Of a stretch of 64,000 nt of DNA, positions 43,475 to 62,537 are shown piece by piece. The stretch lies in assembly GCF_009914755.1 (NCBI RefSeq), contig NC_060925.1, one strand, 5' to 3'. The stretch comes from the human T2T-CHM13v2.0 reference genome, Homo sapiens. The translations under genes were made by a program, and so were the position numbers. Under the pieces are notes generated by a model. It saw only the letters and a program-made list of their open reading frames with translations, had not been told where the DNA came from and searched no databases. Within the stretch, counting starts at the first letter, position 1. Every line of letters begins with the position of its first letter.

Positions 43475-45029
43475 GGGAACTCAGCTGGCCTGACTCCCCC
43501 TGCATCCCGCCAAATTCCCCGCCCTAAGCTCGTTCAGCTTCCATTTGTTCTCGTGAGATGGAGCAAGAGGGGCACTCATTTCTCTTACTCTTCATGGTGG
43601 GGAAACCAAGGCCCGGAGAGGTTGAGCCCTGGCGTCAGCCTGGGCTTAAATGGCGCATAGTCGAAGACTAGCCAAACCCTCTGTTGGGTTTCCTAAGCTA
43701 CAAAACGGGGGCTCTTCATCCATATTGTGAGATCAGGGATGTAAACAGCATGGGGCTGAGTGGAACATGAGGGCCTAAGAAATGGTAGTGACACGTTTGT
43801 CCCATTCTTCTATCATTTGCCCCAGATCTTCTGAGACCCAGCCCAAGGCTGGCTTTTTGCCCCACTCCAGGATGCTCCCGGGCCCTCTGCCTGGGTTGCT
43901 GAATCAGTCCTCAGAGCTAAGGCCTGCCTGGCTCCTCAGCCCCCTGCACTGAACTGCCAAGTAGCTGCTCCTCTGGCGCCACAGCCTAGCCGGGGCTTCT
44001 GCACTGGCCATGCGTAATCAGGCTACGGAGGAGCCGGGAGCCTGGCAGAGAAGGGAGGGAGGGGGTGGCGATGGGGCTGACACACACCCGGAGGCCCCAT
44101 TTTAAGCTGGCAGACATTGGCAGAGGGTGGTGGGCAGCCGGGGCCCCCACAGCCCCAAACTGGGCCCCTCCGCTTCCAGGGCTGCCACAGAGCAGCCAGG
44201 AGCCTCTGCGAGGGGGAGGGGTCCTAGGGGTGGGGCCAGCAGGGAGGCTCTGGGTTCTGAAGGCTTTCCCAGGTCCCCACCCCCTCCTTGTCCTGAGCGG
44301 AGGCTATGGGAGAAGGCACCTGCCTCCAGGCCAAGCCTATCTCAATGCCTATCCCTGGGGCCAAAATTCAGAGCATCCCAGCCTGAACTGGTGGCACTTA
44401 TGGAACTGCTACCATGTGCAAGGGCTCGGGATGCAGAGATGGGTAAGATGATGGTCTTTACGTTCACAGAGCTTCAGGCTAGCAGGGAGGAGAGACAGAC
44501 CAATAACCGGAAGAATAATCATGTGGGGCTGGATGAGCCTTTCAGTGCTCCCGGGTCACTACACTTTTATTTTTCTTTATTCGCTCACCTGTTTTGGACC
44601 CTCAGTGCAGAGAGAGTGGGATACGTTATCTCACTTAGCACATGACATACCCAAATAAGCTCTCAGTTCTTGTTTTGTTTATTCATTTTTTCCTTTGTCC
44701 CTGCTCCCTGCCTCCCCACTGCCATTCCCACAGCTCACCGAAGTCCCTATGCTAATGTACTTAATATGGCCTTGGAGTTGTAAGTGTCCTTGTACGTTAC
44801 ACAGCATTCTGTCCGTGGGGGTGGTTTGCACTTACATACACTGCGTTTGATTCTTTACATTCATCACTCAGTCCTCTGCCTTTAGACCCCACCACGCTGC
44901 TGTTTGGACATCTAGTTTTAATACCACTGCCACGCAGACATTGCCTCCACCACTCCTTACTAATTCATTTCCCTAGTTGTGGACGAGACTGCCCCGGCTC
45001 CTCACCATCATAAGCCAGTGTTAAAAGGA

Positions 45030-47080
<2,051 letters not shown>

Positions 47081-47665
47081 TCCTGCACACACAGAGAAGA
47101 TAATTTTGGATGGCTCTTCCCTTCCCCCCACAACCTTCCTTAGGGCACTGGCTTTCAACTGATGTAAATATTTACTATGCCAAGCACTAGGAGGGCAGAG
47201 ACAAACAAGACAAAGTCCTCACACTTAGAAACTCCCGGTGTGGCAGCTGAGATGGCCCAGGAAAGAACTATATTACCTTCAAAAAGAGAGGTACATGCGA
47301 TGTTTGAGGTGGCATGAAGCTCAGTGGTGTTATATTGGAATGAGTGAGTGACCATCCTGGAGCCTTCCTGAAAGAGGTGACTTCATTTTTAAGTGATTTT
47401 AAATAATAGTTTAATGAATTAGTATTTCGTATTCAGTTAATAACATTTTTCTGATTTTAGGATTTGCTATAGAAATATTTGGAAACCGTAAAGTAGAACA
47501 AAAAAAAAATGTAGGAATCATCTGAAATTCCAAATTCTACCACTCACAGTTAAGTGTTGTTAGATGTTAGATGTGGGATATTGCCTTTTAATTTCCACTC
47601 TGCGCCGCTACCCCCAGCCCCTACCCCAGAGCCGTCACTTCTGGCACTGGAGCGCAGCTTGCGTG

Positions 47666-48660
<995 letters not shown>

Positions 48661-49460
48661 TTTTTTTCTTTAAACAACTTTTAAAAAATGTTTTATTTTG
48701 TTTTTACTTAACATATAATAATTGGACTAGAGTGGTGTCTTATCTGTCACAACACTTTTCTAACGGTAGAGTGTGTATTACTGCTGTTTCCCACAACAAA
48801 TGGTGTCATATCTTGGTTTTGGCTGAAGCAATAACATTTCCCAGTGAAACTCTTGCCACTTAAAATTCTTTGTCTTGTAACTCATGTGCAACAGGGTTAG
48901 TACATTTCTCAGCTGCCAGTGGGGTTGTTCTTTGTGATTTAACAGGAAGACCACAGTGTAAAAACATTCTTATGCCATTAATACATGCTTGTTTTAGGCT
49001 ACTTGGAAAATTCAAAAAAATAAAAAAAAGAGGAAATAATCATTCATAGTCCTACCACCCAGAGAAAACCACAGTTAATGTTTTGGTGTATTTCCTTCCA
49101 GTTTTTTTTTTCCACCTAAACTCTTCAATTACATCCGACTTTAAATATATATATATTTTTTAAAAATTGTAAAGATAATACTGTATCTCAGCACAAAAGA
49201 AAATTTTGGAAATGCAGAAAAGACAATGGAAAAGAAAAATCAGTTGTCTGTGATGTCACCACCCAGAAATGGCCACACTTACCAGCCAGTTTTTTCACAT
49301 ATGTGACTCCTACCATTTTTATATCTCTTACCATAAACGACAAGCTCTAGAAGAGAATGTAGCAAATGTAGGGGTCCTGAAAGAAGGGGTGCACTCTGTT
49401 TTGTCCCTGATGTTCCTGGGACACAGGTAATTAAAAGGCTGAAGACCGAGTGCTGTAGAA

Positions 49461-49621
49461 CAGGGCTTCTCAAGGTGTGGTCCGCAAAGCAGCAAAGCAG
49501 CAGCTTCTCCTGGGAGCTTATTAGAAATACAATCGGAGCCTCACCAGTGGGCCGGGAATCTGTTGTAACAAGCCCTTGGGGGATTCAGATGCTTGCTCTC
49601 CTTACAGTTTGAGAAACACTG
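49461..49621. mobile_element. MER5A-like hAT-Charlie element
   Basis: CAGGGCTTCTCAAGGTGTGGTCC...CTGGGAGCTTATTAGAAAT...AGTTTGAGAAACACTG. Confidence 0.7.
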
Positions 49622-49929
49622 CACCAAAAGATTGGACTCTGGGAGGTAGGGGGCTTCAGATGAATTGAAAGTGGAAATTCACTTAGGAAATGGGACGGAA
49701 CTGCTTTGCAGCATGGAACTCATTGACACTGACACAGCTGTTTGTGTGGTTAAGCTTCCTGAGACAGGGACCAGCTGGGTTTGGCATCCCAATGTTGAGC
49801 CCCATGCCTGGTCTGTAATAGGTGCTCACCGAATACTTGTTGAATGAATCAAGGAATGAATAAGTGAGTGAAAAAGGATCTCTAGAGCTGTGCCCCACAT
49901 GCCTCTTTTTCTCTTTTTTTAATTTCTAG

Positions 49930-50033
49930 GATTGGAACATCAGTTAACATCTGACCACTGCCAGCCCACCCCCTCCCACCCACGTCGATTGCATCTCTGG
50001 GCTCCAGGGATAAAGCAGGTCTTGGGGTGCACC
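49930..50033 (+). other. ALPL: ALPL exon 2, 5'UTR part
   Basis: Polypyrimidine tract and TTCTAG acceptor (AG at 49928-49929), then 104 nt to CACC-ATG. Confidence 0.93.
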
Positions 50034-50094
50034 ATGATTTCACCATTCTTAGTACTGGCCATTGGCACCTGCCTTACTAACTCCTTAGTGCCAG
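50034..50094 (+). CDS. ALPL: ALPL exon 2 coding part: signal peptide MISPFLVLAIGTCLTNS, then LVP (61 nt, phase-1 end)
   Basis: ACCATG context; translation matches the TNAP N-terminus; donor CCAG|GTATGC. Confidence 0.98.
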
Positions 50095-50276
50095 GTATGC
50101 TTGGGGACACAGGTGGAGGCATAAAAAGGTGGTGCAGATGGGGTATGATGAGGGCAGTGTCTATGTTTTAAGGTCCCAGAACCATCCAAAGTATTTAAGA
50201 GCTGAAAACAGTGTTCAGAGCAGGAAACCTCAGCCCTGCTACTTGCATGTGTTAGTTGGATAGGTCACTCTTTTCC

Positions 50277-50647
<371 letters not shown>

Positions 50648-50740
50648 TAGCCAGGATGGTCTCGATCTCCTGACCTCATGATCCGCCTGCCTTGGCCTCC
50701 CAAAGTGCTGGGATTACAGGCGTGAGCCACCGCGCCTGGC

Positions 50741-50810
<70 letters not shown>

Positions 50811-50891
50811 CTCTTTCTTTCTTTTTCTTTCTTTCTTTCTTTCTCTTTTCTTTCTTTCTTTCTTTTCTTTTTCTTTCCTTTCTTTCCTTTC
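50741..50891 (+). repeat. (TTTC)n microsatellite / pyrimidine tract
   Basis: About 150 bp of only C and T, starting as perfect CTTT repeats. Confidence 0.95.
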
Positions 50892-51349
50892 TTTTCTCTC
50901 GCATCCGAGTGAAGAGACCACCAAACAGGCTTTGAGTGAGCAACAAGGCTGTTTATTTCACCTGGGTGCAGGCGGGCTAAGTCCAAAAAGAGAGTCAGCC
51001 AAGGGAGATATGGGTGGGGCCGTTTTATAAGATAGGGGTAGGTAAAGGAAAAATTACAGTCAAAGGGGGGTTCTCTGGCGGGCAGGAGTGGGGGTCACAA
51101 GGTGCTCAGTGGGGGAGCTTTTTGAGCCAGGATGAGCCAGGAGAAGGAATTTCACAAGGTAATGTCGTCAGTTAAGGCAAGGACCGGCCATTTTCACTTC
51201 TTTTGTGGTGGAATGTCATCAGTTAAGGTAGGAACAGACCATTTAAATTTCACTTCTTTTGTGATTCTTCAGTTACTTCAGGCCGTCTGGATGTATATGT
51301 GCAGGTCACAGGGGATATGATGGCTTAGCTTGGGCTCAGACGCCTGACA
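50892..51349 (-). mobile_element. Solo HERV-H LTR (LTR7 family) in ALPL intron 2
   Basis: Minus strand begins TGTCAGGCGTCTGAGCCCAAGCTAAGCCATCATATCCCCTGTGACCTGCAC and ends ...GCCTGTTTGGTGGTCTCTTCAC..., as in LTR7. Has duplicated CACAAAAGAAGTGAAA units, TATAAAA (51023-51029) and AATAAA (50952-50957). Possible CTTTC target-site duplication. Confidence 0.92.
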
Positions 51350-51361
51350 CTTTCTTTTTGA

Positions 51362-51472
<111 letters not shown>

Positions 51473-51515
51473 TGAGTAGCTGGGATTACAGGCGTGCGCC
51501 GCAACACCCGGCTAA

Positions 51516-51883
<368 letters not shown>

Positions 51884-51939
51884 TAGTAGAGACGGGGTTT
51901 CACCATGTTAGCCAGGATGGTCTCGATCTCCTGACCTCA

Positions 51940-52083
<144 letters not shown>

Positions 52084-52253
52084 TCAACTAATTCTAGGCC
52101 AGTTTTTATGTTGATTTCTTGGTTTACAATTCTTATACTATAAATTCAGATCCCCACTTAGACCTGGCTCAGATTTGACTTGAATTCACATTTCTTATGA
52201 ATGACTGTCTTTCTCTATCCCTTCCATAGCTCCAAGGCAAAATGTGTACCTTA

Positions 52254-52406
<153 letters not shown>

Positions 52407-52569
52407 CTAGAAACAAACAAACAATTAGCTGGGCATAGTGCTGCATGCTTGTAGTCCTAGCTACTTGGGAGGCTAAGGTGGGAGAATCACTTGAGCCCAG
52501 GATTTCAAGATTACGGTGAGCTATAATCAAACCACTCCAGTCTGGGTGACAGAGTAAGACTCTGTCTCA

Positions 52570-52677
<108 letters not shown>

Positions 52678-52680
52678 CTA

Positions 52681-52965
<285 letters not shown>

Positions 52966-55373
52966 TTAGATTCCCTCATCAATGCTGCCTCCTGAGGATT
53001 TTCCTTCCCCCTTTTCTTCCTTTTTCAAGCTATGTGCTATTTTTTTTTCCCCAGCATTTCTGTATCTGGAGCTGGAGAAGAGAGCCTTCCTCGGCTCAGT
53101 CCATTATGTGGCTAGAAGTCCCCACTTGCCTTCCCCACACTCCAGTGTCTCCATCTGTCCAGTGGGGATGAGTTCCTCCCGCTTAGGGTCATCATGGGAA
53201 TCACATGGGATAGTCACAGTGTCTGGCAAGGAGTGGATGCTCAGTGAATGTTGGTCTCTTCTCTTAGGACGGCTGTATTTCAGCAGATGAGGAGATGGGG
53301 TGCAGTGGGGCACTGAGCCTGAGCTGCTGAGCTCTCAGGCCATTGCTGCGTCTGAGACCTCGTGGTGCCATTTGCATCCCTGGGGGACCAAGGTCACTCT
53401 GGGACGGGGTCCCTGCCTTCTCAGCACTTACAGCCCACCTGGGTGAAAGATGAACTAATGGATGAAAAGGGAAAAGGTGAAAAAGTGACAACATGAAAAA
53501 TCTTCAAACGTTCAGCAGTTCAACTTTTTGTATCTGCTGTTGCCAGGCTGGAGTGCAGTGGCACAATCATGGCTTACTGTAGCCTCAAACTCCTGGCCTC
53601 AAGCAGTCCTCCCACCATGGCCTCCAAAAGTGCTGGGATTACAGGATGAGCCACTTCTTCAGCCTTCTTTTTTTTCTTCAATTAGATATAACTTACAGAA
53701 AAGGGCACCGATCTTAAATACATAGCCTGAAAAAATTTTGACATATATTTATACCCGTGTAACCGCCACCCAGATCAAGACAGAACATTTCTGGTTGTGA
53801 GGCATCTGTGGGCTTCCCTGTGCCAACCCCCTCCCAAAGCCAGAGGAGATGCCCAGGCTTACATTGGCCACCAGAGACTTGCTTTGCCTGTTTTGAGCCT
53901 CATATAAATGGAATCATATAGTATGTACCGATCAGTGCCCTTTCCCCGGCATTCTATCGTGAGCATTAGCACATATCATTTAGTAGTCTCCAAAAACAAT
54001 AGCCTCTTGGAATCCAGTTGTCCAGAGCCATTGTTGCTTAAACCAGACTCCAAACCCTTCTCAGGGACAGGCCCTGGGTGGCTCTGGTGAAAAAGACAAG
54101 GACTCTGCCCTTGTGGGACTCCAGTCTAGAGAGAACAAGCACTCAACGGAGCAGGGGACCCGGTGGCAGAGGCTGGGCTGAACAAGGGCAACAGGTGTGG
54201 GGCGGGCTGATGTCAGCCCAGCCCTGGGACCTCCAAGCTGTTAAGTCAGGTACAGGTTGTAGCGGGTCAGGGTGGGTAGAAGGTCTTCACCACCCAGTGG
54301 CACCCAACGTTGGCCAAAGAGGCTCTATGACCAACAGCACCGTGGTGTGTTTTGAGGAAGGCAGGAGGGAGGCTGGAACCAGCCTGGGCCTGGGGGACCT
54401 CTGAGGAAAACCTCTGGCCCCGGCCTTGCCCAGACTTTATCTCATGTCATCCTAGAACTGCCTGTGGATAGCTACGGGTGTCCCATTTCCTGGGGCAGAA
54501 ACTCTTGTCCAAAGGCACCCTGTCGGGCAGAAGGGCCAAGGTGCTCCCAATTCCCAGTGGGGACTGCGTGGGGACATCTGAAATTGATGCCCTCAGCAGA
54601 CACTTCCAGAAGAGAGAGGGTGGACCTGGGGCTGTCGGGATGAGGGTAGTGGGCTGAGGGATTGGGGTGGTGGTGACGTAAGGGGAGGCCTCTTGGGGAG
54701 GGGCGTGGGGTGTGCTTGGGTCCAAAGCTAGAGGTGCACTGCAGCACCCTGGCGGCTCCTCGCCTGTGCTCTGCGCCTATGCTAGGCTGGGGCAGAGCCA
54801 CGGCGACGCGTGAGTTTCCGGTTCTCCCACTTGGGGCCCTAATCTCAGGCTCTCCATTTCCTAATGTGGAGGAGACACTGGTGCCCACCTGCCAAGGCAG
54901 TTGAGAGGAATAAGAGAAGCTGTGTGGGGGGTCCCTGGCATCTCGCCCAGAGCCAGTGCGTGTGTGAGGAAGGAGGGCTGTTCTTTACCCACGGCCACTC
55001 CGAGAGCCAGGCACGCGTCGGAGCTGGGCCAAAAGATGAGAATTGTGTCCCCAGCCCACGAACATGCTACACGGCCTTGGACAAGACCCTCCCATTCCTG
55101 ATCTCTCCTCCCGTTCTGGGCAGTGGGAGGCCTTGAAAGAGGAAACCGCTAGGGAGCCTCCTCTCTAGGCTTCTGAGCAGATCTGATAGGGCCCTGGGAC
55201 AGAGGGGAGCCCCGCAGACTCTGGGAGGGACTCCAGCTCCCATAGCCAGGGTCCTGGTCCAGCCCTGGAGACGGGATAATGGGGATGGGAGGCAACTTTT
55301 GAGCCTCTCCTGTGGGTCAGGTGTGTCACTTGCCTTATCCGGCCCAGTCCTTAGAGCGACCCTGAGGGGATGA

Positions 55374-55690
<317 letters not shown>

Positions 55691-56559
55691 TGATCTGCCT
55701 GCCTCGGCCTTCCAAAGTGCTGGGATTACAGGCATGAGCCACCATGCCCAGCAGCTGGGGTTTTAATTGAGGTCTGTCTGGCACTAAAGCTGTGGATTGG
55801 TTGCTGGACACACACACACATGAGAAAGAGGGAGAGAGAAAGAAGTGTTCTTAGTTCTCATTTTATCTCAAAACCATAAAGCCCCAGCCAGAAGTCACTA
55901 TCAGCCAAGAGGGATGGAGGGGGCGATGAGAGATGCAGAATGTCGTCCTTGATAACTAATCCTAACAAGAGTGAGATCACCTGGCTCCTTTAAATTTGAC
56001 ATATTAAGCAAAAGGCAAGCTTCGCTTTCCAGCACTGCTATTAAACCAAGTCAGGTTCCTGCTGAGCCTACTTTAATGAATAAGCTAAGCAGAGTTGATA
56101 ATTGATGGCTGGCTATATCAGGGGACCCCTTCTGCTGGAAGGAGTTTGTTGAATAGGTTAAACATTACTCTCTTAATTGTGCTAGCACAATTCATTTGCT
56201 GCCTTAGCAGCTCATCTCCCTACTGGGTAGAAGGAATGAGCATGGGCTTTGGAGCGAAACCCAGCCCTGCCAGTGTCTGCCTGTGCTGTGTGGCCTTAGG
56301 CAAGTTGCTCGTTGTCTCTGAGCCTTGGTTTCTTCATTCTGAGATGTGAGGAGAAGACCCCAGGGTCCACAGGCTTTTCTGGAGGATCTGGATGGCACAT
56401 ATTTATAAACCACAGATGTGTTGTCTGGGTGGGCAACTATTGCACCCACCTCCAAGTTCAGGCATTCCAGCCTGAGCAATCAGAAGTGGGGGGATCTGTA
56501 CGTCTGGAGATAGGAGGCTATCCTTACCCCGCCAAGTAACTGCCTCTCTCTGTGTTTAG

Positions 56560-56724
<165 letters not shown>

Positions 56725-56981
56725 TAGGAGCCCCGGGAGCCAGGCTGAGTTGAAGGGGGCTGTGTTGAAGGGGCTAGGGCTCTGGAGGAAGGGTGTTTAA
56801 AAGGATGAGGGGCCAGGCTGTGGATTCAAGAGGCCTGCTCTGCCAGACAGCCCCCTGAGGATCTGGGGGTGAAGGGAGAGAGGGGCTGCTCACTGACATT
56901 TACAGAGCCATGCCCAGTGCCAACTGCCCGAGCCTGCCTTGGTACCGAACTAGAGAGCTTCTGGGTACCCAAGCAGGCTGA

Positions 56982-57525
<544 letters not shown>

Positions 57526-57778
57526 TAAGCGATCCTACAGCCTTGGCCTCCCAGTCTTGGGATTACAGGCGTGAGCCACCATGCACGGCCTATATATGCC
57601 TTTTTTTTTTTTTTTTTGAGACAGTCTTACTCTGTCTTCCAGGCTGGAGTACAGTAGCATGACATCAGCTCACTGCAACCTCTGCCTCCCGAGTTCAAGT
57701 GATTCTTCTGCCTCAGCCTCCCAAGTAGCTGGGATTACAGGCATGCGCCACCATGCCCAGCTAATTTTTTTATTTTTA

Positions 57779-57925
<147 letters not shown>

Positions 57926-57969
57926 TCATTCATTCTTTCCCGAGGCAGTTCGTGAAGTTAATTAGACTA

Positions 57970-58305
57970 TAGGCATACCTCAGCTATACTTCGGGTTTGG
58001 TTCCAGGCCACTGTAATAAAGCAAATATTGCAATGAAGCAAGTCACACATTTTTTGGTTTCCCAGTGCATATAAAAGTTATGTTTGCACCCTACAGTAGT
58101 CTTTTAAGTGTGGGATAGCATTATGTCTAAAGAAATGTATATACCTTAATTTAAAAATATGCTATTGCTAAAAAACGCTAATGAAGTGAGCTCATGTTTT
58201 TGGAAAAAATGATGCTGATAGACTTGCTTGACACAGGGTTGCCACAGATCTTCAATTTGTAACAAACACAGTGTCTGTGGAGTACACTAAAATGAGGTGT
58301 GCCTG
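57970..58305. mobile_element. Internally deleted Tigger1-type DNA transposon
   Basis: Terminal inverted repeats AGGCATACCTC...GAGGTGTGCCTG flanked by TA; internal TTTTGGTTTCCCAGTGCATATAAAAGTTATG. Confidence 0.8.
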
Positions 58306-58977
58306 TACTGACCTAGGTTGTTCAAGGCAGTGTGCACTGCCGGGTAGCTATTGCTATTGGTGGTGGTGATAGTGGTGTTATGTAATAACCTCCAGACCCT
58401 GGGTCAGGCCCCAGGCTCACTTCTGGGGGAGTAGTGGGGACTATGGTGCCTTCTGTGCCTTCAAGGTGCTCTCAGGCTGGTGGGGAAGGGAGACAGGCAA
58501 ATAGTTTTGGGGTCTCTGCTAAACATCCGGATGTAGGGCAACCCTGTGATGGTGGCCGCAGGGCAGGTGGCAGAGAAGTCAGCGCTGGTCTTGGCCCCAC
58601 CCTTCCCTTCCCCAGTCCCCTTCCCCCTCACTTTCACTACCCTATCCCCAGACCCCCCACTCCTTCAAGAAGGCCCCTCCCTCTCCCTTCTCCAGGACTC
58701 CCCTGCTCCCCAACCCCTCGCTGGCTCCTGCAGCCCCAGGCCCGGAGAGAGGCCTCCGCTGACCCCACCTGAGCCCCAATCTTCCGCCGGACACTTCTCT
58801 GTACTTTGGAGAGCTAAGGTCCTGCCCCAGTGCTGCCAGGGTGCAGGGAATGATGGCAGGAAGCAGGCAGCTAGGTAGTCCTGTGGCTCTGGGGGGCTTC
58901 AGTGGGCAGTGGGCCTGGTCAAGGCTATGGGGTCCTCTCTGGTCCCTCACGCCCCAGTCCCCATGGTGTGAGTGTAG

Positions 58978-59373
<396 letters not shown>

Positions 59374-59943
59374 TGACAGGGGAAGCTGAGGGTTTGGGGT
59401 TCACTCAGTGGTGGGTTCTGGTCCCAGTTCATTTCTCTGAGTCGATTCTTCATTTGACTATAAAACGGGTGGGAACGTAGCCCCCTCATAGGGTTGGTGT
59501 GAGGAGGGAGAAGTCAGCCCAGGGCTAGCCTGTGGGGTGCAGTCCATGGCCACGCCCCTTCCCTCCTCAGAATTGGGAGGCCCAGCCTGTGCCCCCAGAA
59601 GCTTTAGTCAGGGGCCAAGGCCAAAACACAGGTGACAAGGCCAACATACAGGTGACAGAGCCACAGTCCACTTGAGATCCCTCAGGGGTCCTGTGGGCGC
59701 CTTGATGAAGGGGAGGACTCCAGCCCAGGTGCTCACATCTCAAGGGCCTTCGGGGTGAGGGGAGAGGGTTCCAGAGGCAGTGTTCTGGCTGCTCGGCTAC
59801 TTGGAAGCCACTGCCAGACACCTACTGCTGTGGATGGGGAGACTGAGACCCGGGCAATCCTCAGAACTGAAGCGGGGGCCTGTCTTTAGCGGGGAGGGGG
59901 AGGGGAGGGAGGAGGCCTCTGGGACACCCCGATCTGTGGATAA

Positions 59944-60282
<339 letters not shown>

Positions 60283-62080
60283 TAGGGGATTTGCGGTTGG
60301 GCAGGCAGGCACTGTGGGATTTCTCTGCGGTGGGGCTGCGGGGTGAACCCTCATGTGACCGCCACCACACCCCAAGAACCAGGCATCCAGGGATGATTCC
60401 ATAAATTGAAACCTGGTGCTGTGCCCTCCTCTGCCCCCCACTACACGGGAGGTGGTGATGGCCAAGTGTCGTCTGCCTGCCCTGCGTATTCACATGGTCA
60501 CAGATGGGTACATATCTGTACACTCAACCACCAGCATGCCCGGCAAAGAGCTGGTGTGTACAGTGGTTGGCTAGTGCCAGCTCTCGTGTTTAAACTTCCG
60601 AGTTCCAGACCTTGCCCTGCGTGTTGCTAGCTGTGTGACCTTGGGTCAGTTACTTAACCTCTCTGAGGCTTCCCTTTCACAACTCCTTTGTGAACTGTAC
60701 CTGCCTCATAAGCTTATGCCAAGAACTGATTAAGATAATCCCTGTGGAGCTCAGCACAGGACCCGAGGCCTAGCGAGTGCCCAGAAGGTGGTGGCACTTA
60801 CGCAGGAGCCACATGTCCTTGCCCTGAAACACACTTCAACAAACTGAGCTGACTCATGGAGACAGAAGTCATCCATGTGACGCTTACTCTCTGTTCTTAA
60901 GTGAGAATGCCCGGCTCGTTCCTTTTCAGGCTTTTATTGCCTACTGTGGGGGACTGCTGAGGCGATCTGGGGACTTCTGCCCCTTGAGCCTGGAATGGGG
61001 ATTCGGTGAGGGGCAGAGAAAGCCCCCCTGCCCAGCTACACCTCACCTCTTTCTCTCCACCACCAGACAAACTCACCTGCCTTCAGCCCTCCATGCACTG
61101 CCCCCCACAAATTTCTGGGGGCTACTTGGCCCCTCCACAGTAGAGACCCACGTCTGCCCTTTTCCCAGCATGGTGGATTAAGTACCCGCTTTCAGGACAC
61201 ACAGTGCTGTTGGCCCCTTTCACTGAACAGACATCTGAGGCCAAGCCACTCATCCTGGCTTGCCTTCACCCGACATGTGGCCTGGGGCGAGTTCCTTCAC
61301 CTCCCTATGCCTCAGTTTCCCCACCTGTGCAGCAGAAACAGAGAGCCACACTTGCTTGCTCCCAGGGCCGTGGGAGGCCGTGATGAGGTCATGGATGTGA
61401 GAACATTTGTTGTACAGGCACAGGGTATAATTACATGGGGACTGCTCCTCAGAGGGGTTTGTCAGGGACAGCCTGAGCAGGGGACAGGAACTTGAAGGAA
61501 ATTCGAGGGGAGGGAAGATGTTTCAGGTGAGGGGGTGGGAGATGAGGAGGGGGGGCCACAGGGGCCACGTCAAGGGGCACAAGCCAGGGAGTGAGTGAGG
61601 ACGGAGGACCTGTGTGAGGATCCCTTTCTTTCCTCCTCTTCCTTTCTCTCCCAGCCCCACCTGCCTCTCCGTCACCACCCCCCCAAAAGCCTCCCAGTCC
61701 CCAGACTGTACATGAAACAAAAATCCTGGTGTCCACCCTGAAAATAAATACTGTTGCTTAAAAAAAAAAAAGAAAGAAGAGAAAGAAAGAAAGAAAGACA
61801 CAAACCTAAACCCCAAAGCCAAACAGCAAGTCTGTTATTTGGGAGTTTAATGAGCCCGTGTGAAGTCGCTGCCGGGCTGGAAACGATGAGGCTCCCTGCA
61901 GGAAGATTGGGGGCTTCGTTTTCCACTCTGAAGATGCCAAGAGGTCAGGTTCTGTGGGAACAGTTGTGGGGGGCAGGGCAAGGGACCCGTGACCTGGGGT
62001 CCCCTTCTCCTTCTTCTCCCAGCCCACCCTGCCCCCTGAGCTCCTGGCTGCAGCTGAGAGCAAGGACTCTGCCTCTCTGA

Positions 62081-62338
<258 letters not shown>

Positions 62339-62381
62339 TGAGTAGCTGGGATTATAGGCGCACATCACCACGCCCGGCTAA

Positions 62382-62537
<156 letters not shown>

